A model generated the notes under the pieces. The model worked only from the letters and a program-made list of their open reading frames with translations. It was not told the DNA's origin and made no database searches. Of a stretch of 32,000 nt of DNA, positions 26,766 through 32,000 are shown piece by piece. The DNA comes from Flavobacteriaceae bacterium (lineage in GTDB: Bacteria > Bacteroidota > Bacteroidia > Flavobacteriales > Flavobacteriaceae). The DNA lies in assembly GCA_965224465.1 (NCBI GenBank), contig OZ245049.1:2730001-2762000 (forward strand), given 5' to 3'. The translations under genes were made by a program, and so were the position numbers. The stretch's first letter is position 1. Every line of letters starts with the position of its first letter.

Positions 26766-27422
26766 TTACGCAGAACACCTCAACTGAGTTAAAGCTATTT
26801 CTAGGTCAAAAAGCACCTGATGCACATGTACTATTTGAGCAACGGTATCATTTAAAATATGACTGTCTATTTTTTTCGATAACTGATGGGTTTCTTCCAT
26901 TTCTAACATGGCAAATTTCCCAATCAACTGATGCATATTTCTTTTAACTGCTCCAAAATTATTAGCAGTCAAATAGGCAGGTATTTCCAATAAACTATCC
27001 TCAAATTCTTTGATAATCAACCGCTTCAACTGATCCATAAATACAAGATCACCCATCGCATATTTCGCTAAAGTTATTTCAGAAACAATATTTTTTTTGG
27101 CAATAAACTCAAATAAAGATTCATATGTTAAAGCTCTCCTGCACACAGAAAAATGAACACCTGTTAAATCCAAGTCCTCGTCTAACTTACATAATATAAG
27201 CACAGGAATATTTGGAAGCACAGACTTTAAATACGAAAACGATTTCTGATCTAACTTTAAGTTACACACAACATGAGAATATGTTTCTGAATACAATGCT
27301 TTTGAAACAGCTTCCAAACCGTTTACAGTCGTATATTCCACAAACTTAGCACCAAACAACAGTACAGAAGCCTGTGAATCAGATGATTTCTCATCTTCTA
27401 GGAATAATATATTTACAGCCAT
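26766..27422 (-). CDS. Receiver-like (probably pseudo-receiver) domain fused to an Hpt-like domain
   Basis: N-terminus NILFLEDEK...HVVCNLKLDQ...PVLILCK has the receiver fold pattern, but Asn sits where the acceptor Asp is expected. The C-terminal helical region contains NMHQLIGKFAML, resembling the Hpt HxLKG motif. Confidence 0.45.
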   Translation of the reverse strand: MAVNILFLEDEKSSDSQASVLLFGAKFVEYTTVNGLEAVSKALYSETYSHVVCNLKLDQKSFSYLKSVLPNIPVLILCKLDEDLDLTGVHFSVCRRALTYESLFEFIAKKNIVSEITLAKYAMGDLVFMDQLKRLIIKEFEDSLLEIPAYLTANNFGAVKRNMHQLIGKFAMLEMEETHQLSKKIDSHILNDTVAQIVHVHQVLFDLEIALTQLRCSA

Positions 27423-27686
27423 TTTTTTTTGAGGTATTGAGGTTAAAAATCACAGTGTTCCATATTTTTACCTACTAAAACACCCGAAATTTACACTTAG
27501 CAATTTTTTTTATATAAATATAGTTGATTTTACTGATTACCAAAAATTAAATCTCCTAAAGACAACGTTCAGAATTAGACAAACAAAACAAACAATTATG
27601 TAACTTTACATTAACACCACCACAAGCATCTTTTTATTTTCAAAAAAACAACTAAACCAGCCTTACTTATAAACCACAAAAATAAT

Positions 27687-27838
27687 CAATTACAATCCAA
27701 AATGATTGATATAAATAGTTTATTTTACGTCCTATCACTGTTAAAAAACAGAACGATAGCTAGGCTAGCCCTACATTTTTCACCTAGCAAAAATAATTCT
27801 ATTCCTAAACCGTCACTTGAAAATATATTTGGTATAAT
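27687..27838 (+). repeat. Intergenic hairpin repeat, copy C
   Basis: CAATTACAATCCAAAATGATTGATATAAATAGTTTATTTTACG...GATAGCTAGGCTAGCC...CCTAGCAAAAATAA...CCTAAACCGTCACTTGAAAATATATTTGGTAT. AATTACAA is present at 27688-27695 and again at 27836-27843. Confidence 0.85.
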
Positions 27839-28038
27839 TACAAAACATTGTTTTAAGGTGTAACTTTAGTTACACAGCTATAAAAAAACCATTTCAAATA
27901 TTAAGACAGCCTCTAAACATGCGGTATTACTAGCAAGACAAGGTGGGATTATCTAAAAACAAACACCCAAACAAAACAGATTCAAAACCTACGTATTGGT
28001 TCTTTTAGTATTAACATATAATTGTGACTAAATATGTT

Positions 28039-28046
28039 TAAATTTG
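28039..28046 (+). promoter_or_regulatory. Candidate -7 box TAAATTTG for dsbD
   Basis: Exact TAnnTTTG match ending 25 nt before the ATG at 28072. A TTG lies at 28022-28024. Confidence 0.35.
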
Positions 28047-28071
28047 AAGCTTTTACATAAACATCTATAGA

Positions 28072-30060
28072 ATGAAAAAACTGGCAGCTCTATTACTGGG
28101 ACTACTCATAAATATCACCGTAAACGCTCAAATGAAAGTACCCGTAACATGGACTTCATCAATCGAAAAAATTTCGAACACCGAGTATTACTTAGTTTTC
28201 AATGCCTCCATAGAGGAAGATTGGCATTTATACTCACAATTGAATCCAGACGGAGCATCTTTACCACTAGAGTTTATTGCCGATGCAGAAGGAGACACTT
28301 TTGAATTTATAGGCAAAGCTGAAGAAAGTGAAACACACACAACATATAGTGAAATATGGGAAAAAGACGAAATCTATTTCGAATATGAAGCTACATTAAG
28401 GCAGAAAATAAAGCTCTTAAAAAACGATATCAAAAACATTGAAATAGAAATTAGCGGACAAGCTTGTAAAGATGCTTGCGTACCAATATCTGCTACTTTT
28501 AATTTCAGCATACCTGCACTTGACAGTCCGTTAACTGTTAAAAACAACACAAAAACAACAGCGTCTAAACCCGTTAGTACGTTTAAGGAAACCACCATTT
28601 CCACCGAAACACCAACAGAAAAAAAAGGCTTGCTTATTATTTTTGGACTGGCATTTTTAGGCGGAATTACAGCCCTCTTAACTCCTTGTGTTTTCCCAAT
28701 GATACCAATGACGGTTAGTTTTTTTACAAAACAAAGTAAATCCAAAGCAGCAGGGATAAAAAACGCCATTTTTTATGGGATTTCAATTATCATAATCTAT
28801 GTTGGATTAGGCTTGGCAGTGAGCACCATCTTTGGTCCTGCCGCATTAAATGCCCTTTCTACGAATGTATGGTTCAATGTAATTTTCTTTGTATTGTTAG
28901 TTGTATTTGCACTTTCGTTTTTAGGAGCTTTTGAAATCACACTGCCAAGTTCTTGGGGAACAAAAATAGATTCACAAGCAGACCGTGGCGGATATATCGG
29001 TATCTTTTTTATGGCATTGGCTTTGGCCATTGTATCCTTTTCTTGTACAGGCCCCATTGTTGGAACCTTATTGGTTGAAGCAGCATCTGGAGGAGGTTTT
29101 ATAGGCCCTATTGTTGGAATGCTCGGTTTTTCTTTAGCATTGGCTATTCCCTTTGCTCTATTTGCAGCCTTCCCTGGATGGTTAAATTCTTTACCAAAAT
29201 CAGGAGGATGGTTAAACACCGTAAAGGTGGTCTTAGGATTCTTAGAATTGGCCTTGGCTTTCAAATTCTTATCAAATGCCGATTTAGTATTGCAATTACA
29301 CTGGTTAGAACGCGAAACATTCTTAGCCATTTGGATTGTTATTTTTGGAGCATTAACCTTCTATTTATTTGGAAAAATACAATTGCCACACGATTCTCCA
29401 TTAACAGGAGGAATATCTGTAGGGAGACTCTGTTTAGGTATTTTAACAGGAACCTTGGTTGTTTATATGATCCCTGGATTATGGGGCGCACCGTTAAAAA
29501 TAATTAGTGGATTCCCACCTCCAGCACATTACAGCGAATCTCCTTATGGAGTTGGATTCAAAAAACTTGGAGGCGGAGCAGCCGCACATACAAAACTACC
29601 AGAAGGGGCGCATTTAGGTCCACACGACATTATTTCTTTTACAGATTATGAAACAGGAATGGCATATGCAAGAAAAGTAAACAAACCAGCATTGGTAGAT
29701 TTTACTGGGCATGCCTGTGTAAACTGTCGTAAAATGGAAGATTATGTATGGTCTCAAGAAAAAGTATTGAGTATTTTAAATAATGATATTGTATTAATTT
29801 CTTTATATGTTGATGACAAACGTCAATTACCAAAAGAAAAACAATACATATCAGAACAAACAGGTAAAAAAATCAGAACCATCGGTAACAAGTGGAGCGA
29901 ATTTCAAACCATCCATTACAAAGCAAATGCACAACCTTACTATATACTAATAGACGGAGATGCCAATAAATTAAACGAACCTTCTGCCTATAACACAGAT
30001 GTAGATGCTTACTATAACTGGCTAAAAGAAGGGATCAATAAATTTAAACAATCTCTTTAA
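28072..30060 (+). CDS. dsbD: Thiol:disulfide interchange protein DsbD family (N-terminal domain, CcdA-like TM core, C-terminal thioredoxin)
   Basis: Signal peptide, N-terminal domain with CKDAC, TM-core cysteines (LLTPCVFPMIP and SFSCTGPIVG) and a C-terminal thioredoxin CxxC (GHACVNCRKME). Confidence 0.88.
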   Translation: MKKLAALLLGLLINITVNAQMKVPVTWTSSIEKISNTEYYLVFNASIEEDWHLYSQLNPDGASLPLEFIADAEGDTFEFIGKAEESETHTTYSEIWEKDEIYFEYEATLRQKIKLLKNDIKNIEIEISGQACKDACVPISATFNFSIPALDSPLTVKNNTKTTASKPVSTFKETTISTETPTEKKGLLIIFGLAFLGGITALLTPCVFPMIPMTVSFFTKQSKSKAAGIKNAIFYGISIIIIYVGLGLAVSTIFGPAALNALSTNVWFNVIFFVLLVVFALSFLGAFEITLPSSWGTKIDSQADRGGYIGIFFMALALAIVSFSCTGPIVGTLLVEAASGGGFIGPIVGMLGFSLALAIPFALFAAFPGWLNSLPKSGGWLNTVKVVLGFLELALAFKFLSNADLVLQLHWLERETFLAIWIVIFGALTFYLFGKIQLPHDSPLTGGISVGRLCLGILTGTLVVYMIPGLWGAPLKIISGFPPPAHYSESPYGVGFKKLGGGAAAHTKLPEGAHLGPHDIISFTDYETGMAYARKVNKPALVDFTGHACVNCRKMEDYVWSQEKVLSILNNDIVLISLYVDDKRQLPKEKQYISEQTGKKIRTIGNKWSEFQTIHYKANAQPYYILIDGDANKLNEPSAYNTDVDAYYNWLKEGINKFKQSL

Positions 30061-30072
30061 TAAAAACACAGT

Positions 30073-31536
30073 ATGGAACGTTATTTTCAACAGTTTAGAG
30101 ACAACATTATTGGTTCAGATAAAACCTTTGAATCACCCTATGGTGTAAAAAAAATAATTTATACAGATTGGACGGCAAGTGGACGCTTATACCGTCCTAT
30201 TGAAGAAAAAATAATCAATGAGTTTGGACCATTTGTAGCCAACACACATACCGAAACTTCCGTAACAGGATCTGCAATGACACTGGCATATCACAAAGCG
30301 AGAGCCATTATCAAAACGCATGTAAACGCAAGTAAAGACGATGTGCTGATTACCGAAGGAACAGGAATGACAGGCGTTGTAAATAAATTTCAACGTATTT
30401 TAGGACTCAAAGTATCTGAAAACCTAAAAGCATATACACAGATACCAGACCGTTTAAGACCCATCGTATTTATATCACACATGGAGCACCATTCCAACCA
30501 AACTTCTTGGTTAGAAACCATTGCTGATGTAGAAATTATCCCTTGTCAAGAATCTGGACTAATTTGTTTAGATAGTTTTAAAACCATCTTGAAAAAATAC
30601 CAAGACCGCCCCATTAAAATAGCTTCGATCACAGCATGCTCCAATGTTACAGGAATCAGAACAGATTATCATCAAATCGCAAAGATAATTCATCAGCACG
30701 ACGGTCTTTGCTTTATAGATTTTGCTTGCTCTGCTCCTTATGTAGATATAAATATGCACCCAGAAGATCCCGAAGCATATTTGGATGCTATTTTCTTTTC
30801 TCCACATAAATTTTTAGGAGGTCCAGGTACAAGCGGTGTTTTAATATTCAATAAAAAATTATATAAAAATATAGTTCCAGACAATCCAGGAGGAGGAACG
30901 GTAAACTACACCAACCCATGGGGAGATCACGATTATATAGACGATATAGAATCTCGTGAAGACGGCGGAACTCCAGGTTTTTTACAAACCATTAAAATTG
31001 CATTGGCCATACGATTAAAGGAAAAAATGGGCGTTGCTAATATTTTAAAACGAGAACATGAAATTAACAATATCGTTTTTGATAAATTATCAAACATACC
31101 AAACCTGCATATTCTAGCAGAGCAACATACAGACAGGTTGGGGATTTTTTCTTTTTATATTGATAAAGTTCACTTTAATTTAATCGTAAAACTATTAAAC
31201 GATCGTTTTGGAATTCAATCCCGTGGTGGCTGTTCTTGCGCAGGTACTTATGGACATTTCTTATTAAATGTAGATAAAGAAACCTCAAAAAGTATTGAAG
31301 CAAAAATATCCGAAGGATGCCTAACAGAACGTCCTGGATGGATCCGTATGTCCATCCATCCTACCATCACCAATGATGAAATATATTTTGTCTGCGACAG
31401 CATCTTACAAGTCTCTAAAAACTACCAAGAGTGGGCTAAGGACTACCATTACGACATGGACAAAAACGACTATGTACACAATACATTTGAATCAACAGAA
31501 ATCAAACTTGTAGAACGTTGGTTTGAGGAATCATAA
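30073..31536 (+). CDS. Class V aminotransferase-fold PLP enzyme (cysteine desulfurase / selenocysteine lyase-like)
   Basis: 487 aa. SNVTG, PLP-lysine context FSPHKFLGGPGTSG and a C-terminal RGGCSCAG cysteine loop. Confidence 0.7.
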   Translation: MERYFQQFRDNIIGSDKTFESPYGVKKIIYTDWTASGRLYRPIEEKIINEFGPFVANTHTETSVTGSAMTLAYHKARAIIKTHVNASKDDVLITEGTGMTGVVNKFQRILGLKVSENLKAYTQIPDRLRPIVFISHMEHHSNQTSWLETIADVEIIPCQESGLICLDSFKTILKKYQDRPIKIASITACSNVTGIRTDYHQIAKIIHQHDGLCFIDFACSAPYVDINMHPEDPEAYLDAIFFSPHKFLGGPGTSGVLIFNKKLYKNIVPDNPGGGTVNYTNPWGDHDYIDDIESREDGGTPGFLQTIKIALAIRLKEKMGVANILKREHEINNIVFDKLSNIPNLHILAEQHTDRLGIFSFYIDKVHFNLIVKLLNDRFGIQSRGGCSCAGTYGHFLLNVDKETSKSIEAKISEGCLTERPGWIRMSIHPTITNDEIYFVCDSILQVSKNYQEWAKDYHYDMDKNDYVHNTFESTEIKLVERWFEES

Positions 31537-31542
31537 CATCTT

Positions 31543-31575
31543 AAAAACCGTTTCGTCTATCGCGAAACGGTTTTT
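31543..31575 (+). terminator. Rho-independent terminator of the aminotransferase gene
   Basis: AAAAA-CCGTTTCG-TCTATCG-CGAAACGG-TTTTT, a perfect 8-bp stem with a T-tract, 7 nt after the stop codon. Confidence 0.8.
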
Positions 31576-31669
31576 ATATCCCCCATTGAGGGAGAATACC
31601 TCACACCCATGTAAGGTTGACACAATCAGTGCACACACTACAAGCAGTGATTTTAGCTACAAAAAAACC

Positions 31670-31800
31670 AATAACACCAAATACATTTCCGAGTGACGTT
31701 TTAAGAATGAATTATTTTTTTGTTTTAGCTAGGCGGAAAATCTAAGGATAGCTATCGTTCTGTTTTTCCACAACGCTAGCACGTAAAACAAACTACTTAG
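31670..31800 (-). repeat. Intergenic hairpin repeat, copy D (inverted; apical loop collapsed, left end divergent)
   Basis: The reverse complement reads TAGTTTGTTTTACGTGCTAGCG...AACAGAACGATAGCTATCC...CGCCTAGCTAAAACAAAAAAATAA...TTAAAACGTCACTCGGAAATGTATTTGGTGTTAT. Confidence 0.8.
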
Positions 31801-31953
31801 GGCTTGCTGATTTTATAAGCGATTAACTAAACTTCAGATTAGATATATATCTATTTTCATGATAATAACCACTTCTATTAAAAAAACAGAAGAACTTATT
31901 TGATTCATTTTTTGAACAAATACTATTTTTATTCCTTTTTTAAAAAAGGCATA

Positions 31954-31981
31954 AAAAATAGCATATAGATCTGCTATTTTT
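31954..31981. terminator. Terminator-like hairpin in the ORF-free window end
   Basis: AAAAATAGCA-TATAGATC-TGCTATTTTT, a 10-bp stem with built-in A and T runs. The associated gene is unknown and may lie beyond the window. Confidence 0.35.
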
Positions 31982-32000
31982 AATAAAGTTACTAGATTCA

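Noticed and set aside
27598-27875. Two palindromes sharing TGTAACTTTA (ATGTAACTTTACAT at 27598-27611 and GTGTAACTTTAGTTACAC at 27858-27875) flanking copy C, considered as LytTR-type binding sites
   Set aside because: My rough estimate is that a shared 10-mer within a 650-bp AT-rich spacer is expected by chance about 0.5 times. The 260-bp separation does not fit the closely spaced direct repeats known for LytTR regulators.
28374-29330. Long antisense ORFs (131 aa and 177 aa) inside dsbD
   Set aside because: These are shadow ORFs opposite a confidently identified gene. The same applies to 2707-2958, 3127-3345, 3532-3909, 4392-4589, 4537-4776, 5180-5386, 6829-7035, 7016-7396, 8837-9019, 9237-9506, 10902-11096, 11349-11681, 13332-13691, 14027-14326, 14588-14779, 15356-15628, 18592-18897, 19316-19785, 20104-20289, 20609-20815, 22491-22694, 22848-23057, 23812-24048, 24184-24480, 26023-26205, 29178-29507, 30187-30393 and 30568-30807.

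Overview
AT-rich (about one-third G+C by eye) chromosomal segment with hallmarks of Bacteroidota, most likely Flavobacteriia: a PorP/SprF T9SS gene, a complete Bat aerotolerance operon, a CarboxypepD_reg-type TonB-dependent receptor and TAnnTTTG-type -7 promoter boxes. Gene content is mainly housekeeping. On the + strand: PorP/SprF, GNAT, MATE, crotonase, small membrane protein, QueD, Tex, TonB-dependent receptor, DsbD and a class V aminotransferase. On the - strand: tRNA-Ala(GGC), a tandem USP, a 10-gene block (MoxR, M48 peptidase, DUF58, BatD-like protein, BatA-E, HEAT-like protein), LpxH, S41 peptidase, dCMP deaminase, HupE/UreJ, a LytTR response regulator and a pseudo-receiver/Hpt protein. 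I see no CRISPR array, transposase, integrase, phage genes or recognisable defence system. The most unusual signal is non-coding. A ~150-160 bp repeat built around a long imperfect hairpin occurs as 4 full copies in both orientations. It also occurs as a core-less short form and 2 decayed relics. Every copy is intergenic, and no mobility gene lies in the window. Secondary points are an M48 metallopeptidase tightly wedged between moxR and the DUF58 gene, an enlarged BatD-paralogous membrane protein, an in-frame 9-bp tandem repeat in the Lys/Asp-rich tail of BatC, and a kinase-less pseudo-receiver/Hpt plus LytTR regulator pair. All functional calls rest on motif recognition by eye; no database search was run.
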